A DNA stretch of 20,000 nt from Hydrurus foetidus (Eukaryota), in the NCBI GenBank assembly GCA_900617105.1, contig UYFQ01000056.1, positions 234,908 to 254,907 on the forward strand. The letters run 5' to 3'. A program made the translations under genes and the position numbers. This document shows positions 8,677 through 20,000 of this stretch, piece after piece. The notes below the pieces were generated by a model. The model made no database searches, had not been told where the DNA came from, and worked only from the letters and a program-made list of their open reading frames with translations. Within the stretch, counting starts at the first letter, position 1. Each line of letters opens with the position of its first letter.

Positions 8677-10957
8677 CTATCGCATAACGCGCTTAATTGC
8701 TACTTATCGGGGGATGTTTCCCAAGGGATATACTCCACCAAAGCTCTTCTTCATGAAGAATTCATCGTCGACATGCCCCTTCGCATTGAGCGCCATGCTT
8801 TCGACAAGAGCAATCGTCAAACTTTCTATTGCATTGCAAAAGGATTTGTTCGAAGGTGTGATGTCACTCTGTACAGCTCTCAGCTGGAAGCTTTGAAAGC
8901 AGAACCCTTCTTACTAGACCGTACTGTATGACTCCGTACCACGAGTGTTATCAGACCTTCCTGGCTTTATCCCATAACTCGAATCGAGGACTTTTTATTA
9001 AACTGTGTAGTCCACTTATAATCCCCTAACGCACAACGTGAAGGGGCGATTCGAACCAACGATCTGTTCGTTGCGGGTTGATCCCAGGCAGCTAACCACT
9101 TAAGCGATAGCTGGTTCGTGCTTTTCATGAAAAATGTAAGCCTTTCAATACCGTTATTAGGCATTGTAATATACTCTGCGTACTAAATCATACAAGAGTC
9201 AATTCTTGTGTCGGTGTACATACATCTCGAAAATGCACACCGGATTATAAATATTTTTTTTTTTTTCAAAAAAAATTATTTTTTTTTTCGAAGTGATATG
9301 CAAAATTGAATTAATTGCATCACAATTGAATCCAATGCTTTACATCTTTGCTATACTTCACCATACATTTGGTTGTCTGCAGTGGCTTAGTTGGTACTTG
9401 CTATAGTAATAACTCTGTAACGATATGGGTATTAATTTCAAATCGATTAACAATGTATGCCATAACATATACTTGACTGTAAGGGTCAAACAATCGTCGC
9501 TCATAGACTTAATTATTGGCAGAGTCTCTTTAAATAAATACTCGTTTTATATATTAACTCCTTTCGCTTTTGGGATAAGTGAGGAACACAAACTAATTTC
9601 CTCAGTAAGTGTGGATTGCTCAGCGGGCGACGAACTACCTGATGTCGAACCGTTATTTTCGCAACGGTTCGCAACAATATTATCCAGTGATAGGATTAGT
9701 AAAAATTTGATAAAAATATCAAAAAATTTACCTATTGAAGAACAGTCAGTTGTAACACAACTTTCTTCTACTTCTAATATCCTAAGGGACTTCGGACAAC
9801 CTACAACCGAAGGGGAAAGACTATCGCATAACGGTTAATTGCTACTTATCGGGGGATGTTTCCCAAGGGATATACTCCACCAAAGCTCTTCTTCATGAAG
9901 AATTCATCGTCGACATGCCCCTTCGCATTGAGCGCCATGCTTTCGACAAGAGCAATCGTCAAACTTTCTATTGCATTGCAAAAGTTTGTTCGAAGGTGGA
10001 TGCTGCTCCGTACAGCTCTCGCTGGAAAGCTTTGAAGGCAGAAACCTTCTTGCTAGACCGTACTGTATGACTCCGTACCACGTGTGTTATCAGACCTTCC
10101 TGGATTTATCCCATAACTCGAATCGGGTACTTTTTATTAAACTGTGTAGTCCACTTTTAATCCCCTAACGCACAAGGTGAAGGGGCGATTCGAACCAACG
10201 ATCTGTTCGTTGCGGGCTGATCCCAGGCAGCTAACCACTTAAGGGATAGCTGGTTCCTGCATTTCATGTAAAATGTAAGCCTTTCTAGACCATTATTGGG
10301 CATCGTAACAACTCTGCGCGCTCAAGTATGCGGTCTCAATTTTTGTGTCGGTGTACATACATCTCGAAAATGCACACCGGATTATTAAATTTTTTTTTTT
10401 TTTTTCAAGAAATTTTTCGAAGTGATATGCAGAATTGAATTAATTGCATCACAGTTGAATTCAATGCTTTACATCTTTGCTATACTTCACAAATACCTTT
10501 GGTTGTGTGTAGTGGCTTAGATCGTACTGGCTATAATAATAATACTGTGTAATCGACATAGGTATTAATTTCAAATCGATTAATAATGTATGCCATACCA
10601 TATATTTGACTGCAAGAGTCAAACAATCGTCGCTCATAGACTTATTTATTGGCAGAGTCTCTTTAAATAAATACTCGTTTTATAAATTAACTCCTTTCGC
10701 TTTTGGAGTAAGTGAGGAACACGAATTAACTTCCTCGGTAAGTGTCGATTGCTCAACGTGCGACGACCTACGTGATGTCGAACCGTTACTTTCGCAACGG
10801 TTCACAACAATATTATCCAGTGATAGGATTAATGAAAATTTAATAAAAAATTGGAAAAACTTACCTATCGAAGAGCATTCAGTTGTAACACAACTTGCTT
10901 CTACTTCTAATATCCTAAGGGACTTCGGACAACCTACAACCGAAGGGGAAAGACTGA
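8677..10957 (+). repeat. Diverged internal tandem duplication: copy 1 8677-9820, copy 2 9821-~10957
   Basis: Both copies begin ctatcgcataacg and end caaccgaaggggaaaga. ORFs 9425-9838 and 10606-11514 encode paralogous peptides. Confidence 0.95.
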
Positions 10958-13900
10958 CTATCTGTGGTCACTCATGTTGTTCGTCCGGGACAGGGTCCTG
11001 CCCGGCATTATTGGAATTAGCTACTCCAGAGGCCGGCTGTGAGAGGGGTCGGGCAGTTCATGGGAGTATCGTTCACCCTGAACTGACTCGTGACGGTGAT
11101 ACACCTCCCGAAGATGGATTAGATTACATCCCTCCGACACCAGGGTTTCTTAACGACGAAACGCATGACACTTTAGGCCACTCGCCAAGTGTTGTCATTA
11201 TCAGTAACGATGAGATTGACAGTGAGAAAACCGATACTTTCGGACCTTTCCTCCAAGGGACTAGCCCTGATTTACCGCCCGACAGTAACGGGTCAGACAA
11301 GTTTCTTGACGAAATAACTTTCGTTGGTATGGAAGACCAAATAATTGCAATGAAACTTCTCTGCTTAGAGTTTCGCGACTTGTTCAGCAATAAAATTGCA
11401 ACTCTACCAGCTAAACTAGATCCGTTTAGACTGGATGTGAGGGAACAAGAATGGGAAATATCCGCAAACCGGACCCCGGTTCGACCCAATCATCTCGTAA
11501 AGAGATTGAAATAAAAAGCCTTAGACGAGATGCTTTCATTAGGTATCATCGAATCTTCGAGTGCAGTCTATTACAGTCACCCTGTAGTAGTACAAAAGAC
11601 AGCTGATACGTATCGATTCTGCATCGATTACAGACTCTTAAATGCGTGCATGCAACCAGCTAGTTTTCCGCTACCGAATATTCGGGGTCTTTTGAACGCA
11701 TTGGCCGTCACCAAGCCGATATTTTCGGTGTAATGGACTTAACTGCCGGTTACCATCAAGCTCCGCTTTATGAACCACATCGCCATTTTACGGCATTCAT
11801 ATGCTATGCAGGCATATTCCATTTTACTAGACTCCCCTTTGGACCTAGGTGTGCTCCCTCTTACTTCCAAGAGCAGATGGCCACCAAAGTCCTTCGCGGT
11901 CTCATATATATGATATGCGAAATATATCTTGACGATATAATTATATATGGCCGGGGATTTGCAGAGTTTCTTAGTAGACTGAGAGATATATTTTTACGTT
12001 TACGTGAATTTCGCATTTTGCTAAAAGCAAAGAAATGCAAATATGGTTGTAAAAGCCTAGAGTATGTTGGTCGTACAATCTCAAAAGACGGATTATCCAT
12101 GTCTGAGACAAAAATTGAGTCTATACTCAACTTTCCAAGACCACAGACTTTAACAGCACTTCGCTCGTTACTGGGTCTTGCGAACTATTTTAGAGGATTT
12201 GTACCAAATCACTCTACTATAGTCGCACCTTTACAGAGATTAGTTGATTCTAAAGCTCACAAAAATCACCAATTATTTGGACACCTAGTGCTATACTAGC
12301 ATTCCAACACGTAAGAGTGGCTATATCAAGATGCCCTCTAATGTATTTTCTTGATGAAAAGTCAACTATTAAGTTATACACTGACGCATCAGATTATGGA
12401 ATCGGTGGTGTGTTAATTCAAGTTGTTAACAATGAATGGAGACCTATCGCTTTCATTAGCAAGTCCCTTTCTGCAACACAATTAAAATGGTCCACGATAC
12501 AAAAAGAAGCTTATGCTATCTATTACTCGTGTCAACAACTTGATTCTTTAATTAGAGATCGTGAGTTTGAAATACATACCGATCATAAAAACATTACATA
12601 TATGAAACAAACACCAACTTCAATGGTGTCACGGTGGTTTATAGCTTTACAAGAATTAAATTTCAAAGTTATATTTGTGAAAGGCACACAAAATCAGCTA
12701 GCGGACGGTCTATCAAGACTTTGTCCCAACATAGCTAAGTTAGCTTTACCGTTCACACCGGTAGCTACTAGCAATAATGAAATAGTATTATCTGCACTGA
12801 CAGTTATACCTGAACCTAATCCAGAACAACTTGAATGGATGGAACAATGTCACAACGCAATAGTTGGACATGGTGGTTCTTCTAGAACTCTTACCAAACT
12901 TTTCAGTTTAGGTCATGCATGGAAGTATATGCGACAGCACGTACGTATGTTCATTGCATCTTGCCCATGCTGTCAAAAGATGAGCATGATAAAGGTACCG
13001 GTTGAAGTTCAACATTATGTGACTTCTTCTAACCGACCTTTTGACGTCGTGAATATCGATTTTATCGGGCCATACCCAGACGATTCATACGTTCTTGTTA
13101 TTATTGACACATTTTCTAAATGGATTGAACTTTTCCATTGCAAAGATGCCACTGCTAAATCAGCATGTGAGGCACTCTTGCAACATTTTGGTCGCTACGG
13201 CGCTCCCAATATGATTAGATCTGATAAAGGTTCTCATTTCGCAAACGATTTGATTAAAGAGTTTCTTGTTTTAACAGGTACTCCACACAACCTTACATTA
13301 TCTTATTCTAAACAAGAAAATGGGGTAGTTGAACGTGCTAACAGAGAAGTCAACAGACATCTTCGCGCATTAACTTTCGAAACTAATGATGTAAATAACT
13401 ACAGATTAAGTCTTCCATTTGTACAAAGAATTATAAATAGTTCTATACACGAAACTACAGGCGTAGCACCTGCTAGTATGTTGTTCGGGAATCAAGTAAA
13501 TCTTGATAGAGGTATTCTTATACCCAATCCGGTAATTCGAAACACTGAAAAGAGCTCAGCTCTTATATCTAATATGTTATACATACAAGATCAAGTAATG
13601 CTAAATGCAATTGCAAAAGTAACACTAGCAAAAGCAAGACATTTAGTGAAAAATGCCAAACCATTGACTGTATTTCCAGTTGGTTCATATGTTTTAGCAA
13701 AGTATGCTGTGGGGCCACCCACTCGTTTACACACTAAATGGCAGGGACCATTTCAGGTCATTTCGTATATCGATTCAGAATACACATTACTTAATTTAGT
13801 GAATAAATCTGAACGAATTACCCATGCAAGTAATCTGAAGCAGTTTATTTTTGATCCTTCAAGAACATCTGCTCCAGATATTGCTAGACGGGATTATATG

Positions 13901-14101
13901 GAATTCTTTGTTGAATCCATTGTAGAACATCGTGGAGACACAAAACGATTAAATTCGTTGTTTTTTAAAGTAAAATGGCTCAATTACGATGATTCACATA
14001 ATTCATGGGAACCATGGAATGCATTAAGAACATGCGACAAACTACACGATTATCTTCGTTCAAATCAAAAGCTCAAGAAATTGATGCCTAAAAACTTCTA
14101 A
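10500..14101 (+). CDS. pol: Pol polyprotein (partial protease, RT, RNase H, integrase, chromodomain), frameshifted as given
   Basis: Protease C-half VCSGLD...DLFIGR. RT YRFCIDYR, DLTAGYHQ, LPFG, YLDD. RNase H TDASDYGIG, KEAYAI, TDHKN, ADGLSR. Integrase H..GH/CPCC, DFIGP, RSDKG, NGVVER, WQGPF. Chromodomain VESIVEHRG...VKWLNYDDSHNSWEP. Confidence 0.95.
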
Positions 14102-14476
14102 ACATTAATTTGTTATTATGATGTGGTATCTTTTGAAGATTTTTTAGCCTAATTTTTTGCCCTCTGGGTTTTTATGGTTTTTTAGTCAGTAAGAATCTGA
14201 CATACCCACATCATAATATATGTTATTTTGTACATACATTAATTTGTATTGATTTACAAAATAAACTTATTTCCACGACCACTCCCGACTCTCTTTAAAT
14301 TTTGTTATTTTGTTAAATTTTGTTTACTATTTTATATTGAAATCTTTTCTTTTTCTTTTATATTTCTGTAATCGAATTACTTTTCATGTAAATATGTTAG
14401 TATCATTTTTAAATTTTTATCTTATTTTTAAAAATATAGCTTAATTAGAGATAAGTGGAGTAGGGTCATTCTCTGT

Positions 14477-14494
14477 GGAGATAAGTAGGAGTAG
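14477..14494 (+). other. Polypurine tract
   Basis: GGAGATAAGTAGGAGTAG directly before the TG of the 3' LTR. A similar copy (gagataagtggagtag) lies ~30 bp upstream. Confidence 0.85.
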
Positions 14495-14713
14495 TGTAGC
14501 CATATGCCATTTAGTATGGCATTATGAGCTTCTAGGACTATCGGTCTACAGATCGGTCTACAGGGTCGTAGGCTTCCAGCCTCACCCTTACAACGTGTAC
14601 TCTGCTATCATCTAGCTAGTCCACGTAGAAGTTACCCTAGCTACGGCTTTCCCTTGTAACTAAGACTTCAGCTCCTCTCCTTTCCTTTCTCTCTCTTTTG
14701 TTCGGACTACGCA
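14495..14713 (+). repeat. 3' LTR
   Basis: Differs from the 5' LTR by one substitution and three small indels at its 3' end; ends ...ggactacgca. Confidence 0.95.
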
Positions 14714-15205
14714 GTTCTCCTATTGTTGATTGAAGTAGGATGTCCCGTCAACATTGTGTTAGAGCCTTAGATCTAATGTTATCTAAGTGCCTCCATGACG
14801 ATCGCTCAAAAGCTCAGGCCAGACAGATTTCTTGGTCATGTCAGCTTCAGTTGCGTACGAAGCCACACTTACAGACGTTGGCGTTTCCATCAAATTCGAC
14901 AGCCTTCGTTGGCTTGACGTTATTGCATTGGATGCAGCCCTCATCGCCTTGGGGGCATCTGTGATCATTTTAACAATGCGAACAGTTAGGAAAACCAAGA
15001 TTTACAGCTATAGGGCAGCAGGTGACTTACCGAGTTGGCACGGCTCCGTAGCGATGTCGTTACCCAATGTTGTGGACGAAATTCCTTCAGTCGGCAACTT
15101 CTTGTGCGTATGCTTCTTGATTTGAGGCATGCCAGAACTAAAGCTGTCGACGTGGCGTGAGGTTTTAACTGTTGCTACGAGGGCTCGTTCGTTGTATGCT
15201 TGCAT
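14714..15205 (-). pseudogene. 5' portion of the gene split by the Gypsy element
   Basis: Exon 15205-15031, intron 15030-14959 (GTAAGT..CACAG), and an in-frame next exon (CQL|DAPKAMRAAS...). Removing the element and one GTTC gives ...STIGE|PAVLATP.... Contains a frameshift and stop near 14750-14790. Confidence 0.55.
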
Positions 15206-15249
15206 GAGTCGTGAGAGCTCACTGTAGCTATGATGTGTACAGGGTTATG

Positions 15250-15985
15250 TTCAATCTACACGTGTTGGAATTTGTGGCTCCGCGACGAGTTAATCCGAAT
15301 TTGCATCAAATAATCTACTTAAAAATCAAATCTGTCGGCTGCAGAAGCTTGCACGCAGTAACTTCAACAATAAATGTTCAATTTGCTTCAAACATAAATA
15401 ATTATGTTCATGATGGAAACTTGCATGTATGCATAAACTTATGTAAAATAAGGAGTATGCCTTTGCTTGATATGCTGTATGGTCTGTGTCAACTATTGGG
15501 AATTGTGGCTGCGCGACGAATTAATCTGAAGTTACATCAAATATTCTTCTTCAATACCAAAGCTGTCGGCTGCAGAAGCTGGCGCGCATTAACTTCAGCA
15601 GTCAATGTTCAATTTGCTTTATAAAAATAATTGTATTCATGTAGTTGATTTTTATGTCTGCATTTACTGATGTGAGATTAAGCATTATTAAAGAGTATGC
15701 TATGGCTTGTCATGGTGTCTGGTGTGTGAAAACTATTGGTGATCGTGGCCCTAAGCAAAAAAAAATTATGAATCACATCAAATATTCTTCTTAAATACCA
15801 AAGCTGTCGGCTGCAGAAGCTGGCGTACATTAACTTCAACAATAAGTGTTCAATTTGCGAAATACAAAAATAACTGTTTCCAAGTATGTGATTTTGTATG
15901 TGCGCATAAACTGATGTGATATACAGCATCAAATAAGTTTATGCTATGGCTTGACATGCTGTCTGGTCTGTGACATTTATTGGTT
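15250..15985. repeat. Three degenerate tandem repeats of ~230-240 bp
   Basis: Core ctgtcggctgcagaagct at 15332, 15563 and 15804, each followed by taacttca..tgttcaatttgc. Confidence 0.9.
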
Positions 15986-16076
15986 TACAAATAATCTTAA
16001 CTAGGATTTTTTTATGCGTATAACTTAGTTATCTTTTAACAGCATTTATTATTTTATTTGATAGATTTTTTTTAAA

Positions 16077-17055
16077 TTACGTATTACGCCTTGGGTTGAA
16101 CGGTTTAACAGGGCTTCTGGCGGAAAAGTCGAAATTGGCTGGTGTGTACGCAGCAGGTGGAGGAGTATGCCACGTAGTAGGATTTTTTAGATACACCCCG
16201 TTGTTTGTGTAATAGTTGAATGATGGCCACTCGATAACTTCTGGTAGTACAAGATGGCAAAGAGGCAATTCAGCCCTACGAGGGTTTGGAAGGACAGTTG
16301 TTAACGAATACACCTCTGCGACCTGGTGGAACAGTGCTTGCGACGCATTGGCCGGTTTTAGGACAAACTACAGAAAATTATCACAATAATATTTGATAAT
16401 ATTTAAATCGTAAGGTTAATAATACTTAAGCCTTATCTTTATAGCTTACTCATACCTGGAGAAATTTTGAAGCATCCGAATGTATGTGAAGTGGGCCTGT
16501 CTTTAAAAACTCCGATGGATCACGAAACAGAAAGACAGTCGGATTCTCAGTCCTCGATTCGTTTGCGCTACAGAAATATAGACACTGCTAAGAAGTTTAA
16601 GTGTCTTGACAGATATGTAATAGTTCTTACTTGAACCAAGTTTCCAAGAGATGAGCCTGTTCACCCCAACAAATTATAGTTCGGACTACTCCAGTTGGGT
16701 CTACAATGGTAATGTTTATAACAGGCTCGAGTTTGTCTTCGAGGCCGCGTTGCTTTACGTTCTTGTACTCAACTCTTCCCATGGCGACTACAATAAAGCA
16801 TCTTGCGGCCTTGTCATCAAATACTCTATCGTTAGAAGATCGGTTGACAATTACAACGTCGGCATCCTCTGCCTGTACGGTGCTTTTTTCTTCTTTGATT
16901 AAGTCTTCATCGTCGTGAGCCCAAACATGGTCTTCGTTACAGATATCCTCGTTTGCTGCTGCCCTAAGGCTCGGTTGATCTGAGGCAGCCGCTGCTGTGG
17001 AGCTCGATGATTTCTCAACCTTCTTGGTTGCCTTGGATTGAGGAGATTTTCCCAT
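16077..17055 (-). CDS. Three-exon gene (275 aa) with an RPA1-like OB-fold, candidate ssDNA-binding protein
   Basis: Exons 17055-16631, 16567-16456 and 16367-16077 splice in frame through GT-AG introns with no stop. FIVVAMGRVEY...INITIVDPTGVVRTIICWGEQAHLL...PTVFLF matches the RPA OB-fold I.L.D.SG....TLWG..A pattern. Confidence 0.75.
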
Positions 17056-17546
17056 TGCAAATTTTTTGATAGTTACGTGAATTTGATTGTAACCAGTTGT
17101 TCATGATGTGCATTGTTCCATCCACACTTTTCGTTGTGGGATGATACATTTTAATTGACATTTGGTCATGATCGTCACCATCATGCCGAAACCCTCCGTC
17201 ATTTTTTGTGTGTGCCGATACTTGTGAATTTGAAAACGTAACCGACACCAAATAAGTCTGCACTACTCTACTAATCAATGCTACGTCAATTAAAATGTCA
17301 GTTGGGCGGACACTGTTCATCTAAATTGGATGAATGCTGCACCTTCAAATCACGTCGACATCACTTTCCATTTAGACGCATGTGGAATTTGTCCATGCAC
17401 CATACACGGATAATGACTGAACAAATCGAAATCTAACTGCCACTCGTCTGACAGAGCAGATCAGACTTGTCCTTAATCTGTAACTGAAATTTAATCATAC
17501 AGCATTGCGCAATCAGCAGTGAAATATCTGTGTCAAATAATTCAGC

Positions 17547-18827
17547 ATGCTTCAGAACTGTGACCTGGATGAAGGGCTTGATGAAAACATTTTTGACTTG
17601 GTGAACGCTGAGTACACGACGGAATACGAGATATATGTAGGAAGAGTTGATCGACTGCTGTCGACATCCACAACAATTCGTAAGGTCGGAGGTCAACTTA
17701 ATTACGACGCAATAATTTCTTGGACGAATAACTATAACGCGTTCAGAGCAGAGTGCGATTATGAAGCTGCGGATATCAGAAGAGCGGTGAACAAAAATAC
17801 ATGTGATATTAATTACTGCGTAAATAATGGTCTTATGTTCTGGAACTTTCTGAAGACTTCACACTTCTTTAAGAAGTCTCCATGGTACTACAGAGAATAT
17901 ATGGTCGAAAAACTCACGGGGAATTATGTGGTGGACGTTGAGTCAATATTGTAAGTAGGAAACTGTTAAACGATAATAACAGCTACATATTTACAGTAAC
18001 GTCTAACAGTTACAACAGGATAACCCAAGACAGCAAAAGACAAGTGTCTATTAAGAAAATATCATCTGTCCAAATAGCACAAGGGTGGATTAACAACGTT
18101 CATATAGATGACATGGTACGTAATATACTATATATATATTAATAATTGCTGTACTAAATAAACTTTTGTTTCCAGGATGACATAAAATTGTACTTTCAAG
18201 CAGAAAGAGGTGACAAACGCCACTTGTGCAAAAAAATGTATAATTGGTTCAAGCGCAGATTAACAAGCTACAAGAACTACCTTACGGAGCTATTTCCAAG
18301 TTGTGACAAAGCGAAAAAAGTAAAACAACATCAAAGCAAGCGCAAACGATCAGTTAGTCAGCCAATTTATCTACAGACACCACGAACACCAGAAATTACA
18401 GTACAATATGATAATATGCTAATTGCTGAAACGCGGTTCGAAGGGACAATAGATTGTCACGTAAGTTATCATGATTGCACTAAACCAGCCAAGGTACATA
18501 TCTCAATATCTTAATAATGAATGTTAGGAGCTTTTCGTCGACAACCTTCAAATTCTATCCAGTGCGTCAACAGACAGTCAGATCACAGATGTAGCTGCTG
18601 GTCTGCTTCATATAAATAAGGTGAAATAATTATTACCTATATTAATGCTGCAAAATTAGCTTTATACTTAATGACCATATTATATCTCACAGGTAGACAA
18701 ACATATCATCCAAATTGACATAAATAGCAGTAAAGTGCAGATGCTACTTAAAGAATGGCCGGACGATATCCAAAATAGCATTTTGATATTTCTAGGACAA
18801 GCAGAAATGCTTTGGGAAGATGATTAA
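17547..18827 (+). CDS. Five-exon hypothetical protein (337 aa)
   Basis: Exons 17547-17950, 18019-18115, 18176-18460, 18528-18620 and 18693-18827 join in frame via GT-AG introns and end in TAA. Basic stretch KKVKQHQSKRKR. No domain recognised. Confidence 0.8.
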
Positions 18828-19226
18828 TACACCTCTTGTAATATTGTATCGTACTGATCTGTAGAACATATTTTGATAGGATAGACACAGGCAATGCTAT
18901 AGTAATTAATTACAAATTGTTATATGTTGAAACACTTATGTTAAATATAACAGCAACTTTTCTGAAAAAGAGCATATACTATTCAAAACTCTGATTCTAA
19001 TAGATCGTGCCCTGAGAAATTAAAATTCCGTTTGCGGGACACGATAATTCACATAATTATCCGACTGAGGCTACCTTAGCTAAGAACCGTATTTTGTATT
19101 TGGTATATGTACGTATGTGATCTGAAATTGTATGTCCGATCGTATCGTGCCATATACTCAGCTCAACATATTAGTACAATCAACTTCCACACTCAAGGCG
19201 TGACAGAACAAGATAACCACACTCAA

Positions 19227-19887
19227 ATGGTAGAGACCCGAACAAAACGGCTGCTCGAAGCCTCAGTCGACAATTCCGATGAGTCTGGTAGCGAAAACGA
19301 AGCAGATGGTATATATAACTCGCAAGAGTTGGCTGGCATCAACATGCCAGATGACAACGAAAAAATGGTTTACCTACACAAACCTAAACAGTACACACCA
19401 CCGAAGGAGTTTATTAGTCTTGTCGGAGGACCTCAAACTTTTGAAAAGCTTATGAAGTGCGTGGAGTCGGATGGACGCAGTAGAATGTACATCGCCGTGT
19501 TCCAAGCGGGATTCAAATCCGAAGCGCAGAAAGATCAATTAATTAAAGAGCTTCAGTCAAATGCCTACTTTTTTCAGAGCTTCGTTCAGGCAACACCAAC
19601 ATTTAAGACGGCTATAGGACAAAGCACACTTCTTAATAAAGTCGCAGTATCCCGATTTCAGGGAAATGATCGAACTGACATCAAGCAACTGCTGTAAGTC
19701 CTCCTTCCGCTTTACAAAGATTTACAAAGAAACTTTAGCTCTTTGCTAATTGACACGTCCGTTGAAATGTAGGCGCTCAATTCGAGCTGACGATAGCGTC
19801 CCAGATGCCAGAGTATCGCAGCTTAAAATTGGCAATGAAGTTGTGCGGGTGCTGAAGCTGAGTGCTGACTATCTGGTACAATTGTAG
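19227..19887 (+). CDS. Spliced hypothetical protein, 3' end uncertain
   Basis: MVETRTKRLLEAS... exon 19227-19693, intron GTAAGT..TGTAG, in-frame exon from 19773 (RSIRADDSVPDARV...SADYL). It either stops at TAG 19885-19887 or splices at GT 19876. Confidence 0.65.
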
Positions 19888-20000
19888 AAACTTATGATAG
19901 AAAATGTACATACTGAAACTCTGAGTAAACTAGTATATCTTAGATACCATCGAATCAACTGCAACGCAATGCTGACAATCTGGTACAGTTGAAGAAACTA

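Larger units (their letters stand above)
7504..14713 (+). mobile_element. Ty3/Gypsy LTR retrotransposon, chromovirus type, recent insertion
   Basis: Two ~218-bp LTRs, GTTC at 7500-7503 and 14714-14717, PPT before the 3' LTR, and pol order PR-RT-RH-IN-chromodomain. Confidence 0.97.

Noticed and set aside
15211..15932. ORFs 15211-15624 (+) and 15678-15932 (-)
   Set aside because: They lie in the tandem repeats and their frames are not conserved between units.
19863..20000. About 30-bp imperfect repeat tgctgac(t/a)atctggtaca at ~19863 and ~19970
   Set aside because: Real but cut by the window edge, so it cannot be interpreted.

Overview
Eukaryotic DNA with short GT-AG introns. The kinase and retroelement styles suggest a stramenopile alga or protist, which is inference only. 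The window is a nest of mobile DNA. Left to right: (1) a spliced minus-strand TKL-type protein kinase fragment (542-~1753). It is joined in frame, across one TAG, to a truncated PolA-like TVpol primase-polymerase plus D5_N gene of Polinton-like virus/virophage/transpoviron type. That gene and a small neighbour both carry the giant-virus early promoter motif AAAATTGA. (2) A 16-bp hairpin plus six GGGGGTC repeats, then the 5' part of a Helitron2/Helentron-type gene (OTU protease, CxxC pairs, DUF6570-like domain) that breaks off at an intron donor. (3) A decayed, spliced minus-strand gene with a papain-like Cys/His/Asp pattern, split by a young 7.2-kb Ty3/Gypsy chromovirus (7504-14713). The chromovirus has near-identical LTRs, a GTTC target duplication and a diverged 1.14-kb internal duplication. 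(4) Three ~235-bp tandem repeats, an intact 3-exon RPA-like OB-fold gene and two multi-exon genes of unknown function. All domain calls come from motif recognition by eye. The pol frameshifts and some others lie in homopolymers and may be long-read errors.
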